A DNA stretch of 64,000 bases, from positions 32,612,001 to 32,676,000 of the forward strand of contig NC_043001.1 in assembly GCF_006345805.1 (NCBI RefSeq). Direction: 5' to 3'. Below are positions 37,611 to 51,049 of the stretch, one piece after another. The DNA comes from Octopus sinensis. Its lineage: Eukaryota. Numbering within the stretch: the first letter of the stretch is position 1; every line of letters begins with the position of its first letter. Made by a program: the position numbers and the translations under genes. Below the pieces are notes generated by a model. The model saw nothing but the letters and a program-made list of their open reading frames with translations. It had not been told where the DNA came from and ran no database searches.

Positions 37611-37733
37611 ATACCTATACATCATCTCCAAACCTTCCAATATTTATATATATATATACATATTTATATATGTGTATATATATATTTATATATATGTACA
37701 TATATGTATGAATAGTTTTATAAGACATATATT

Positions 37734-37780
<47 letters not shown>

Positions 37781-38562
37781 AATCACGTGACCGACCAGAC
37801 CATCAGATGTTGCTACACATCGCTGGTCACAATGCGTTCGCATTGTTTTAGCCTTCGAATGACGCCACCACGCTGGCTAAGTGAGCAGGCCTATATATAT
37901 ATATATATATATATAGTATATATATATATACATATGTAATATTTTCCTAACCATAATTAATTAACAGTTTTCGCAACCAATACTCTAAAATTATTTATTT
38001 CTATTTTCATGTATCCACAATGGAAGTCTAGAACCCTTTTTCATGTACATACACTTCACCAAATCGCACCGCCTTCTGTTGGGCTCGCTTTTCGTACAAT
38101 ATTCACTACGGAATCAAAAACACCCAGCATCACAAGAAATTACTCTCTGTAATAACTGGTATATTACACATAGATATATTGTTATGATGATACCATCTTT
38201 TATGAGGCAGTATTTTCTTATAGCTACCATTTCTAAAAATTCTTTCCATGTAAATTGTCATGCTTCTCGGAAATGTTTCGATAACCAAGCAGTTTTTAAT
38301 ACACTTAGTTTTGTATTTTACTAACCATATTTGTAGTTATTGCTATATAAAGATTTACATGTTATGCATTTATGTCATCGTATGTCCCAGTTGTTTGAAA
38401 TTTTATCTGACGGATTATCAAAAATCCTGGTAATTTGAAGTTCATTATTATGCTCCTTATTGTAGGCGAGATGGCAGAATTGTTAGTACACCGGATAAAA
38501 TGCTTAGCAAACTTTCTTCTGGCTTTGTTTTCTTTGTTCGTATTCCACCGAGGTCAACTATA

Positions 38563-38727
38563 GGCGTAGGAGTGGTTCTGTGGTAAGTAGCTTGCTTATC
38601 AACTACATGGTTGCGGGTTCAGTCCCACTGCGTGGCACCTTGGGCAAGTGTCTTCCACTATAGCTTCGGGCCGACCGAAGCCTTGTGAGTGGATTTGGTA
38701 GACAAAAACTGAAAGAAGCCCGTCGTA

Positions 38728-38772
<45 letters not shown>

Positions 38773-39905
38773 AATAAATAAAACATATGCATATATACAT
38801 ACATATGCTGTCTACATGTCTACCTCTACATGTATATATACATGCATATATGGGTACAGGACACCAGAAAAACGTCGAACACAATGAGAAACGAAAACAT
38901 AAACACAAAACCAAGAAAATGAACATTTTTCTTAAATAACGAAAAAAAAGAGAGTACAGGACATACAAAACAAGGAAAATTCCCCTTCTTCAGTCTCCTT
39001 TGTTTCATCTACTCCACGTTTCGAAGGTCAAGGCGACATGACTTTAATGAAACAATCCTTCCCGCGAAAATCAAATTAAATAAAATTTGAGATTTTTTTG
39101 CGGAGGGGTAAAAATGGTAACAAAAACAGGACAGTAACGACAGTACAAAATATAAACAGTAAAAGACAGGACAAGGAGAAAAACAGTAACACAAACAAGA
39201 AGGGCTGTTAAGCCGAACGAATTTTTACGAACGCTATTTTTGAAAACGGCGATGAAGCAACAGATGTGCCGTCTCTACTTGAAGGTAGCCAGGAGAAGAA
39301 AGACAGTAGCAGAGTTATCGTCGCGGGTCAACGACGGGAGGGAGGAGGAGGAGGAGTAAGAGAAAGGGAGAGAAAAAAGGGAATGGTTGTAGAGAAAAGA
39401 ATGAAGAATGAGAGAGAGAGAGGGAGAGACAGTAAAGTAGAAGAAAAGGAAAGCCAAAAGAATGAAGGCTGAGAAAGGGAGGGGGAGAGAAAGGTTAAGA
39501 GTGCGCATCATTATTAATATTAAGAACAATCTTACTTAGAAATGGATGCGTGCGTTCCGTCATATAATAAATTAATAAATAAATATAACATATGCATATA
39601 TACATACATATATGTACGTACCTACCTCTACACGTATATATACATATATATATATATGTATGTATACGAGTGTGTATATGTTTGCGTGTCTGAGTCTGTT
39701 GCCCAACATCGCTTGACAACCGATGGCGGTGCGTTTACGTCCCGTAACTTAGCGGTTCGGCAAAAGAGACCGATAGAATAAGTACTAGTCTTACAACAAA
39801 GAATAAGTCCTGGGGTCGATATGCTCGACTAAAAAACAAAAGCGGTACTCCAGCATGGCCACGGTCAAATGACTGAAACAAGTAAAAGTGTAAAAGAGTA
39901 AAAGA
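38563..39905 (+). mobile_element. SINE A split at its microsatellite by a partial-tandem family E element (E on minus, 38762-39650)
   Basis: 5' half 38563-38760, 3' half 39665-39905; E end duplicated at 38765-38850 and 39565-39650. Confidence 0.7.
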
Positions 39906-40349
39906 GTATCTTTTCATCCTTTCGGAGTCGACAAACTAAGAACCAATCAAGCACTGGGGTTAATGTAATCACAAAATTTCAGGCCTTGTGCCTATAGCGG
40001 AGAGAATTAGTTATTCACGCTATTTATATAAGTCTTTATTCTCTATGCTTATATATTGTACATGTTTATATTTGAATAATTTTATCCAGATATATTAGAT
40101 GAAAGGTTTTTAAAAACAAATAACCTGTCACAGATCTATCGCTAGAATGACTCTCACATGCCTTTTCTTTCTTACGCGCGCATATTTTATTTTTATGCGA
40201 TCTGCCATTCATTTTAAAACTATTGTCAACACAAAGACTTCATTTCCATTTTCCAACACAATCAGTATAATTTTAAACTTCCATTTTTTTGCTACCGTGT
40301 TAGTCTGTGTACTTCTTTTAAGAGAAAAAGTAAACGCACTCGTAAAATT

Positions 40350-40655
40350 GTTTGTTGTTTGTTCCTTCACGAGCCATGCCTGGCTCATAAGGGCCGATTT
40401 TCCGGTTTCCTTGGCGTATAGGTTCCCCACCATGATGGGACGTCGGTCCATCGCAGGTGAGCTGCAAGATGCAGTAGGAAAGAATGAGAGAAAGTTGTGG
40501 CGACAGAGTCAGCAGAAGTTCGCCATTACCTTCTGCCGGAGCCGCGTGGAGCTTAGGTGTTTTCGCTCATAAACACACACATCGCCCGGTCTGAGATTCG
40601 AACCCGCGATCCCTCGACCGCGAGTCCGCTGCTCTAACCACTAGGTCATGTGCCT
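40350..40655 (-). mobile_element. SINE family B
   Basis: Homology to 10989-11299; imperfect TSD CTCGTAARATT. Confidence 0.9.
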
Positions 40656-41428
40656 CGTAAGATTAGTAAAACCATATTTTGTCAATTACTAGGTCAGACA
40701 TTTTTATTTTTATATTAAGCCCAAGAGTACATAAAGCAATTGATTATAAAGATAACTGTTTACAATGGCAAATATATCTTTTAGTATTTGATATGTTAAA
40801 TGTACCAATCCCAAAGTTAAGCATATTACAAATACCCTTAGTGTTTTTCGCATGATACTGGTAATTATATTTATTCTGGAGTTATTAGTCACCATACAAC
40901 CAGCCTTTTCCAATTCATTAGAACTGTAATAAATTGTATCACTGGAAATAGTTGATTGTATTACTCAGTAATAGTGGTTTCAAATTTTGGGACAAGGCCA
41001 GCAATTTCGAGGAGGGAAGTAAGTTGACTATAATTACCCTACCTCCATTGCCGACTGGTAGTTATTTTATCGACCCCGAAAGGACGAAAGGCAAAGTCGA
41101 CCTCGGCGGCATTTGATCTTAGAGCGTAACGATAGAAGAAATGCTCGTAAGCATATTTTTTTCTAGTTCGTTCACATTTCTGCCAGTTCGCCACGTTATA
41201 CCACCAAATATTATCGGCTTCATATTGTGGCACAAGGCCAAACATTTCGAATAGAGGGTAAGTCGATTACATTGACCCCAGTGCACAACTGGTACTTATT
41301 TTATCGACCCCGAAAGGATGACAGGCAAAAAAAAGTCCACCGCAGAACTTAAAGCCAGACGAAATGCCGCTAAGCTCTACGATTCTTCCAGCTCGATGAC
41401 TTTAATTTACATAGAATATTACGATATA

Positions 41429-41599
41429 GGCGTAGGAGTGGCTGTGTGGTAAGTAGCTTGTTTACCAACCACATGGTTCTGGGTTCAGTCCTACTGCATG
41501 GCATCTTGGGCAAATGTCTTCTACTATAGCCGCGAGTCGACCAAAGCCTTGTGAGTGGATTTGGTAGACGGAAACTGAAAGAAGCCCGTCGTATATGTG

Positions 41600-41668
<69 letters not shown>

Positions 41669-41905
41669 TGTGTATATGTCTGTGTCTGTGTTTGTCCCCC
41701 TCCCCCAACATCACTTGACAACCGATGCTGGCGGGTTTACGTCCCTGTAACATAGCGGTTCGGCAAAAGAGGCGGATAGAATAAGTACTAGGCTTCCAAC
41801 GAATAAGTCCTGGGGTCGATTTCCTCGACTAAAGGCGGTGCTCCAGCATGGCCGCAGTCAAATGACTGAAACAAATGAAAGAGTAAAAGAGTAAAAGAGA
41901 GAGTA
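41429..41905 (+). mobile_element. SINE family A, full length
   Basis: Homology. Confidence 0.9.
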
Positions 41906-42771
41906 TACAAATATGGCAGCAATTTTTAGAGAGACTTCTTTTACTTTAATTCTTTATTTTCTCACAATTTCTAAACTTATATTAATATTAAAGAAAAATA
42001 AGACAGACCCATTAAACTAAAATAGCGCAACGCTAACTTTGTAATACCGCATTTCAGCAGCTTTTGATAATTTTCTCATATTTTGGCTAGACGTCAAAGG
42101 ATGGTACTAGTCGATTACTTCGACCCTAGAGCTCAACCAGTTCTTATTTTATCGACCTTCGCAGCGAAATCTGAACTTAAAATGAAGAGGTGGATGAACT
42201 ATCACTCAGCATTTTATCCGACGCTTTTTTTTTTATCATTTCTTTTTCTTTAATAATTCTTTAAACTGTAGGCACAAGGCCTGAAATTTTGTGGAAGGAA
42301 GCTAGTCCGGTGCTCGACTGATACTCATTTGGGCCAGTAAAGTATAAAAGGCAAAGTCGACCATGACTCAGAACGCAAAAATCCAGAAAAAATGTCGCTA
42401 AGCAACTCACCCTACTCGCGAAAACAATTCTGTCAGTTCACCGGCTTTGACAAGCATTTAAGATCCTTTTTGCTATAGCTACCAGGCCTAAAATATTGAG
42501 GGAGGAGGTAAGTCGATTACATGGATCCCCAGTATTTGATTGGTACTTCTACTATCGACCCCGAAATTATGACAGGCAAAGTTGAATTGGGTGAAATTTG
42601 AACTTAGATCGTGAAGACGAATAAAACGTCATGAAGCATTTTGTCCGGTATGCTAACAGTTCTGCCAGACAAGCATTTAATAATAATATCAATTACTCAC
42701 AAAATGTAATTCTTTTTAAATTTAAAGATTTTGGTTCAAAATATGAAATACTAGAATAATTTCTGAAACTA

Positions 42772-43335
42772 TTGGGTTGTCCGGTAAGATCGTGCCGATT
42801 TATAGAAGCTTACATTTCGACTTATTTTAGAACATGGTTGAGTCCATAAAATAGGATTTGACTACACCTCAATTTAGAGCGCAGTTTACGCTATCTTTTC
42901 GTGGAAGGTTTATGTTCCTATAACCTGTGTTAATTTTGTATCCCTTTAAAATGGAAGATAAGAAAGTTTAATTTCGGCGCTTGATGGTTTGAGAACCAGA
43001 CAAAAATTGCTGCAGCTTAGCTGGGATGTGTTACCCCACCCTCCATATTCACCAGATATTGCTCCTTTGGATTTCCACTTATTCAGGTCTCTGCAGAATA
43101 GTTTTAATGGTAAAAATTTCAATTCCTTGTATGACGTAAAAAGATACCTTGATGAATTCTTTGCCATGAAACCACCTCCATTCTGGGAAGAGGGTATTTT
43201 CAAGTTAAAGGAAAGATGGAGACGCATTGTGCAACAAAATGGTTCATATTTGGTTGATCAAAAATGTAATGGTAAATATTTATTGACCTTTTTTCTTTCT
43301 TTTAAAAACTGTCACGAACTTTCCGGACAACCCAA
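42772..43335 (+). mobile_element. Internally deleted mariner with TIRs and TA TSD; transposase C-terminus retained
   Basis: TIR TTGGGTTGTCCGG; HPPYSPDIAPLDFHLFRSLQN motif of D,D34D transposases. Confidence 0.9.
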
Positions 43336-43409
43336 TACATGCGTATTAAACTTCTTCATTAAACACACACACACACACTCACACACACACACACTCACAC
43401 ACACACACA

Positions 43410-43457
<48 letters not shown>

Positions 43458-44247
43458 ATTTTTACTCAGCTTTAGCTTCTATATATTACGGTACTTCATT
43501 GTTTTACTATCACAATTATCCATATATTATACAAAATTCCATTCTGTTAGTTCCTCATTTTCATTCCCGAATGGTGATCGTGTTCCACCCTTCACAGCAG
43601 TCTGTCTGTATATGAGAAATATGTACTGTTCTTCAAAGTTTGAAAAGCTGTGCTAGGCAAAACTTCGAAGTCTCTGTCTTCACTTATAATACATTTTACC
43701 CATAGACACAAATAATACACATAATACACGTACGTACGCACGCACACATACATAATGTAGCTGCATACATAAGCATATGCGCATATATAACGTTTCAAAT
43801 TAATGATTACTACACAACTAATCGATATCAAAATATCTAATTAGTCGAATAACTAATTGATAAATAAATAAATAAATAAATAAGTAAATTTATAAGTAAA
43901 AAAAAGAAAAAGAATATACGTTGCATTGGAGAAATATGTTGAAAACTAAACTAAACAATCGACCAATGAATTAGTGTTAGCTGATAAGAGGGGAAAAGAA
44001 AACATCGAAAAATAAATAAACAAAAAAACAAAAAACAAAAAGAAAGCAATTTATTGATCAACAACACTCTCCAATAATGAATTATACAACAAACCTATCG
44101 ATCACGTATCTAATTAATGGAATGAGAAACTAGCTAGACTAAGCAACCAATTAAACTACTTTCTGACCCTATAATAACAGAAGCAACAACAAAATCGGCA
44201 TCAACGAAATGAATAGCAACAATTCAATAATAATAATAATAATAATG

Positions 44248-44284
<37 letters not shown>

Positions 44285-44634
44285 TAAAATTTTCAGCATC
44301 AACGCCATGATTTATAATCCGGCCTCACTGGAATATCTATTGGGATAATCCAAGGGGGACAGTAATTTCTGGTCATAAATTCCTGCTGTGTTGATTACAT
44401 TTAAGTTGTCTGATAATAATGATAATGTGGTTTACAATTTTGGTACAAGGCGGGTAATTTCAGGTCAGTCGATTACATCGATCTCAGTGCTCAACTGGTA
44501 CTTATTTTATCGACCCCCACCCCCACCCCACCCCGAATTAATGAAATGCAAAGTCCACCTCGACTGAATGTGAACTCAGAATGTAATGACGAATATATAT
44601 TTTCGCGAAGCATTTTACCTGTCAGTTCGTTGTC

Positions 44635-44672
<38 letters not shown>

Positions 44673-44700
44673 TAATAATAATAATAATATAATTATAATA

Positions 44701-44732
<32 letters not shown>

Positions 44733-44761
44733 TAAGAAGAAGAAGAAGAGAAGAAGAGAAA

Positions 44762-45357
44762 GGAATATATTCACAGACACGACTGAGTTGGGACCTACAT
44801 ACACTGGAAGCTATGCCAAAATTATGGAATAACAACAGAAAAAATGGTATAGGCACACACCAGAAAAGGTCACAGAAAACGAGAAAGCAACCATACTCTG
44901 GGATATGCCAATACACACAGATAGAGAAATTAAGGCCAACAGACCAGATATAGTTGTCAGAGATCATGAAGAAAAAAAATGCTTTCTAATTGATGTATCA
45001 ATACCAGCAGATGGCAACGTGTCTCTAAAAGAAATGGAGAAACTTTGAAAATACAAAGACCTGGAAATAGAAGTTACTCGAATGTGGAATCTAAAAACAG
45101 AAACAATCTCTATCATAGTAGGCACATTAGGTATGATAAAAAATATTCAGACAAATACATAACAAAAACACCAGGACTTACAAACACATATAACATACAG
45201 AAAATTGCACTACTGGGCACTGCACACATCCTACGCAAAACACTTTCAATACAGTAACCATCAGAGCACCACAACAAATCCCAGCACATAACCAAGGCAC
45301 ACAGAGCTGTGCTCAGTAGTGAAGTGAAAGCACGCCATAAAAATAAAACTACTGAAT
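44762..45357 (+). mobile_element. R4/Dong-like REL LINE 3' fragment between (TAA)n arrays
   Basis: HWKLCQNYG...ILWDMPIHTDREIKANRPDIVV...FLIDVSIP...KYKDLEIEVTRMW; 3' UTR runs into (AAT)n. Confidence 0.85.
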
Positions 45358-45413
45358 AATAATAATAATAACAACAATAATAATAATAATAATGATAATA
45401 ATAATAATATATA

Positions 45414-45478
<65 letters not shown>

Positions 45479-45479
45479 T

Positions 45480-45670
45480 AGACTACATAGAGAAATGGAG
45501 GATTGTTCTCCCCACTAATTTCCTCTTCATGGATGGTTTAATATTTTATGGTGTGAATGATCCCAAGATTGTGAGTCTTTTCTGTTGTCCAGTAGTTTAG
45601 CATGGACATTAAGATGTCATTTGCACTGGAGAAATATAAGACTATAACAATAAAATGAGAGAGTTTGATA
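45480..45670 (+). pseudogene. Decayed RT fragment of an R4/Dong-like LINE
   Basis: FLFMDGLIFYGVND...FSMDIKMSFALEK resembles the (Y/F)MDDLKLY...DIKMSFGLEKC region. Confidence 0.55.
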
Positions 45671-47009
45671 AATCGAGCTGATAATTTTGAAATCATCTTT
45701 TCAGTTCCTGAGAATGGAAGGTGATAAAACTGTGGAAGCTATGCAAACAAAGATGAAACATGACTAATTTAATAAAGAAACCAGTTTTAAAATTCCTCTC
45801 AATAGCAATACCATTATTTGTATCGTTAACCCATTAGTTGTGCCAACCGTAAAATAGATCTCCCTAGTATTGGACTGGCGGGTGAAATCTGAAATTCCGT
45901 GTCCTGTAGTTCTAGAAATCCACTGCAAAACGCTCTGCGTTACGGAATAAGTCTAACACGTAACGGTGGTACATAACCAGAAGCGAAGGTAGTAGGAGGT
46001 TATTAAGCGTCAGGGAGCAGGATGAGACGGCAGTTATGAATTTTTTCAACTATCTTTTCACTGACAAATAGACCTGCTACGTACGATAGTTGGATATACG
46101 CTACAAAAAGTATCAAATCGATTATATCTGCAGTAACAATATTATCGTAAGAACTTGGATAATTATTACGAATAAATAAAGTTTAAACAGAATAGAGAAG
46201 CCAGAAAGAAGTATATATGTCAACTGTGGTTAATTACCACAAAGACACACAAACCTTGGATTTATAAAAATGAAAAATCCTATCATTGGCCTGGATGAAA
46301 AATTCTAGTCGGAACGGAGCGTCAGAAGTTACAAGAGGTGCGATACAGTACGCCCTAGGCCTCATTACGAGATATATTGCTTTCAAAATTTGGCACAAGG
46401 CCAGCAACCTCGGGGAAAAGAGTAAATCAATTAGATTGACCCCAGTGCTCACAACTGGTACTTGTTTCATCGACCCCTAAAGGATGAAAGACAAAGTCGA
46501 CCTCGGCGGAATTTGAATTCAGAACGTGCCCGGCGTGTTAACGATTGTGTGAACTCGCTGCCTTCATTACGAATTATATTCAAACGAAATCAACATCTCT
46601 AAAATACAGATGACAAATGTCATGTGTCTGTTGTATTTGCAGAAACGACGCTCCATGTTATCACGATGTCTGACACCAACTAAGCAGAGGCACGATAACG
46701 TACATCTAACTAATTTCAGCTATTTTAATTGCATATATAAATTTTAATATGTCTTCGAAAATGACATTAAAATTACTATGTAACTTTAGCATACAAACAG
46801 AACACCAGACAGAACATTAGTTAAATATTTTCTGTGATATAAATGACAAATGCTTATGAAATGTCCACGTTATATTACAAAATGGTAGTAATGTGAAAGA
46901 TCGAGTAAAAACCAATAGGATTTTACAAAACCGTTACTGTTAAAATTAAACCAAACGTGACAGTTTAGAAATCTGTTTATCATTTAACTTGAAACTGGCA
47001 CAAGTGGAA

Positions 47010-47270
47010 TCTCTCTATACATAAACGGCAAAATGTCTGTGTGTGTGTGTGTCCTTTATACAAATCCACAATTTTTCAGTTAGAGGGCTCTCACTTTCTA
47101 TGGTCATTCAAAACCGTCCAAGGGTAGTCGTGCACATCTTTACATTTCACCAGTCGCTTCGCAAACTCATTAAAAAATCAATAGAAGTTAATTTTTTGTG
47201 AATTTTCTATCCAAACCCCAATCAAAATGCCCGAAACTTGATACGCCAATTGAATGCCAGCTAGCAGTAT
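47010..47270 (+). mobile_element. Helitron-like element sharing its 5' end with 5012
   Basis: TCTCTCTATACATAAACGGCA start; 3' end not resolved. Confidence 0.5.
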
Positions 47271-47895
47271 GTTATTGGTCTGAGATTTGGACAGTACTCG
47301 CGTGTATGTACGCACGCACGCAGCTGTATATGCATGCATATATATATATGATACATAAACACTTTTGTAAAGGCATTGATAGATATGTCGATAGAAATAA
47401 ACAGAAATACTTCTGAGCACCACCGAAACCAGATTTGTCAACCACTCTTTCGACAATGTATTTCAAAAGGTAGACAGTGCTGTTGATAGATCTACTCAAA
47501 AGAACTGGACGCACTAAAGAGCTTTTACAACAATCATGAACACTAAGCAAAAAGCTTATACCCTGTATCCAGTAGACTTATCAACTGGAAATTATCGATT
47601 ACTTCCCTCTATTTTCAATGTTTCATTAGTAGGGCCATAACTCTCCTGTTCACATACTTGGGAAAGGTCCTGTACTTATGTCAGTTGCAACAGGCATCAG
47701 TGAAGACATCAGTAAATTAGTATGGCATATACAAGTAAGGCTCCATGGGCACACATTTTCAAGCATCTCATACGAGATGTAACGGTCAACTATATCTCAA
47801 CTGCTGTAATCACATCTGACTGCGACAAGCTGTCTCCAGTCGACTGTCCGCATCATACACATTAGCATTTATATATATATATATAATATATATAT

Positions 47896-47927
<32 letters not shown>

Positions 47928-47942
47928 ATATATGTATATGTA

Positions 47943-48050
47943 ATATGTGACAATTATTCGGCAATCGAATAATTGTCACATATAGTACAAATCAATTCCT
48001 CTATTATATAATATCGAGGTCTCTTTCATTCTTTTGTTGTCTTACCATTA
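47943..48050 (+). mobile_element. Family H3 copy with collapsed hairpin and no HHR
   Basis: Same arms and tail as 17364-17555; 5-nt loop replaces the ribozyme. Confidence 0.8.
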
Positions 48051-48057
48051 CTATTAC

Positions 48058-48088
<31 letters not shown>

Positions 48089-48089
48089 T

Positions 48090-48625
48090 CTTACATCTAC
48101 TGCATATGTGGAAAATGGGTGTGTTTGTTTGTGGCGTTGTTAGCTAACTCCTCCTATATCGTTTTATTGATTTTGATTAAACTTGACACGTGAACAGAAC
48201 TCATGTCTGGAAATTTTGTGACATAGTTAGATTGTTGAAAACATCGATAATACGACCCCTGGAAGGGACCTTTATATCTAAGTAATTTTTTTAACTAACT
48301 TTTTTTAAACACTAATTTTATTAGTGTTTAACTAACTTTTTAAAACTAATATATAACTAATTTTTGTAAACACCCAAGGAAAATAACTCATAGCACCTGT
48401 ACAATATTGTTTTAAACACACAAGGGAAATAACCCATTTCGTTGTGCATGTTCCATTACTTTGAATATTGATTTTTTGTGTCCTATTTTTATTATTGCAA
48501 ACAATATCACTTTTATAATTTATTTGACACGTGAGTAGAACTCATGTCTGGAAACCTCCTGACATACTTAAATTGTTGAAAAATCGATAATAGGGCCCTT
48601 CCAATGGATCCTTCTATCTACTACA
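48090..48625 (+). mobile_element. Probable Helitron-like element with ~95-bp internal direct repeat (48184 and 48524)
   Basis: Repeat seen directly; class inferred from the TC...TGTTTGTTTGT start. Confidence 0.4.
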
Positions 48626-50091
48626 TATTCATATTTTATTTAAACAAGTGTGTGTGTATTTGTGCATATAAGTATGATTTGTTAACTGATTAGAATACTG
48701 GAGAATGATGATTTAGGATAGAATATGCAATAACATATGGTAGAGTATAGATGTCTCTTTTTTATCACTTACAGGACAAGTCATACTTTCACCTTTTATT
48801 TTCGAGTGTTGAAATCATCAGATTTCAAATGAAATAATCAAAATGTACAAGCGAAGTGAAACGGGGGAGTGGAAGCTGCGGAATAGTTAAAGATGGTGCT
48901 AGGACATTTCGCTGTTTTTGCAGCTTATCAATGTCACTGTATACTATGTGTTTAGAACTATTTGTTTCTAAAGGGATCTTTCCTGGCGTTTATCTGATAA
49001 ACGAAATAAGAGGTCGTTTCTTTACTAAATCTTTAACTCTTTCGTAATCTATCCAACCAACCATCTAACCAACACAACCCACCAACGCAGCTTCACACGC
49101 AGGTAATTAAACAAATAGCCATTCATTCAACTTATGACTCAGCAAAGCAATCAATCTACCAACGACCCAATGAATCGATCAGTCAAAGAACTGATCAACC
49201 ATAACTAAATCGATTAAAATAACGCAAACAAATAAAAAGAAATGAATGCTTTTAATGATTCAATATAAACGACACATATTATTGCTTACATATTTGCAGT
49301 ACAAAGCTACATGCTCAGACATTTGCAAACATTCCAGTATACTCTAAAAGAACAGCCTTTTGCATCGTATGAAATGCTTCGCTCATTAATATTCAGCAAC
49401 TATTAATGGTATACACAGAGTTAAACCTGATTCTTATACCACTTCTTTAACAATTCTTTCTCAGAATTCGCAAATTGTGTGCCACATCCAACCAAATCCA
49501 TCTGAACACTTACTTTTCCACAGAGCCATACATTTACCGTGCCTCACTTCTTTCATTTTGCACAGGCCTAAACTCTTTCTCTGAGCCCATTTCTTCTTAC
49601 TAAGATAGACATGTGAATGTTTAAATTCAAGATTTATCGCATCGATTGATAGAGTTATGGGCATCAGAAACAAAATCGCCACCGCATACCTAATCTTTAA
49701 CTAAGAGATTCATGTCGAAGATAGGTATTAAGGTGTACGTGCCGAAAATCCTTGTCTTGTTGATGACGCCTACTTCAACATCTAGTGTCATTAGGTTGAT
49801 GTACAAATAACCTTTCCATCAAGGTGGCTCCAGGCCATAAAAATGTAGGTATTTTTTTTTTAATCTGCAAAGAATAATTAATGAAACAGAAAGTAAACCT
49901 CTGTATGTTTGCTTGACCTGCTAGAAATAGCAGCCAAATATCCTACAACATATTACACCCTGCTGAAACAAGAAGAAGGATATATGTGTATGTGTGTGTA
50001 TGTGTGTGTGTGTGCGCGTGCTTAATGTTTGTGCCCAATTTTCGACTATTTTTCCATTTTCCATCTAACTTTTGAAATATATGTGTGTATT

Positions 50092-50245
50092 GGGTGTGTG
50101 GTAAGTAGCTTGCTTACCAACCACATGGTTCCGGGTTCAGTCCCACTGCGTGGCATCTTGGACAAGTGTCTTCTGCTATAGCCCCTGGCTGACCAATGCC
50201 TTGTGAGTGGATTTGGTAGACGGAAACTGAAAGAAGCCTGTCGTA

Positions 50246-50309
<64 letters not shown>

Positions 50310-50521
50310 GTGTGTATATGTTTGTGTGTTTGTGTTTGTCCCTCTAGCATTGCTTGGCAACCAATGCTGGTGTGTTTACGTCTCCGTCACTTAGCGGTTC
50401 GGCAAAAGAGCCGATAGAATAAGTACTGGGCTTACAAAGAATAAGTCCTGGGGTCGATTTGCTCGACTAAAGGCGGTGCTCCAGCATGGCCGCAGGCAAA
50501 TGACTGAAACAAGTAAAAGAA
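50092..50521 (+). mobile_element. SINE family A
   Basis: Homology. Confidence 0.9.
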
Positions 50522-51049
50522 GTCTTCAAAAATGGGTTGGTTAAGTATAATCTGTTTTTCATCATAAGTCTGCTCAGTAGCAATTGACCTGGCTCTCAAC
50601 AACAACAACAACAACAACAACACAAATAACAACAGCAACTGCTACAATGATCCAACACTGAGGCAGCAGACAAGCAAAGTTCCATTGCTCTATGCTATGA
50701 TCTAAACACTGTTCAACTTATATCATCCATCCGCACTGCAGTTGTTATTGAAAAATGCTGACCAGAAACATACTAAAGAGAAAACACAATAATCGACAGG
50801 ATGTTTTTACTACTTGCAACTATCTCCCCCTGAATACTTCCCTGCAGCCATCTATCTCGATTTTTTAACTTCAGATTTCGAAATCTTGCCATTCCCTTTC
50901 CTCTTTGTTCCTTCTGCTGCATTTTATATTCTCCCTACTCTTGAGAATCAAAGTCGACTGGAGAGTCGCCAGTGTTATCTTATATTTTCTTGCGCTTTCC
51001 TCCGCCATTTTTCATTTCGTTATTTTTTCAATATCAATTAAAATTATGC

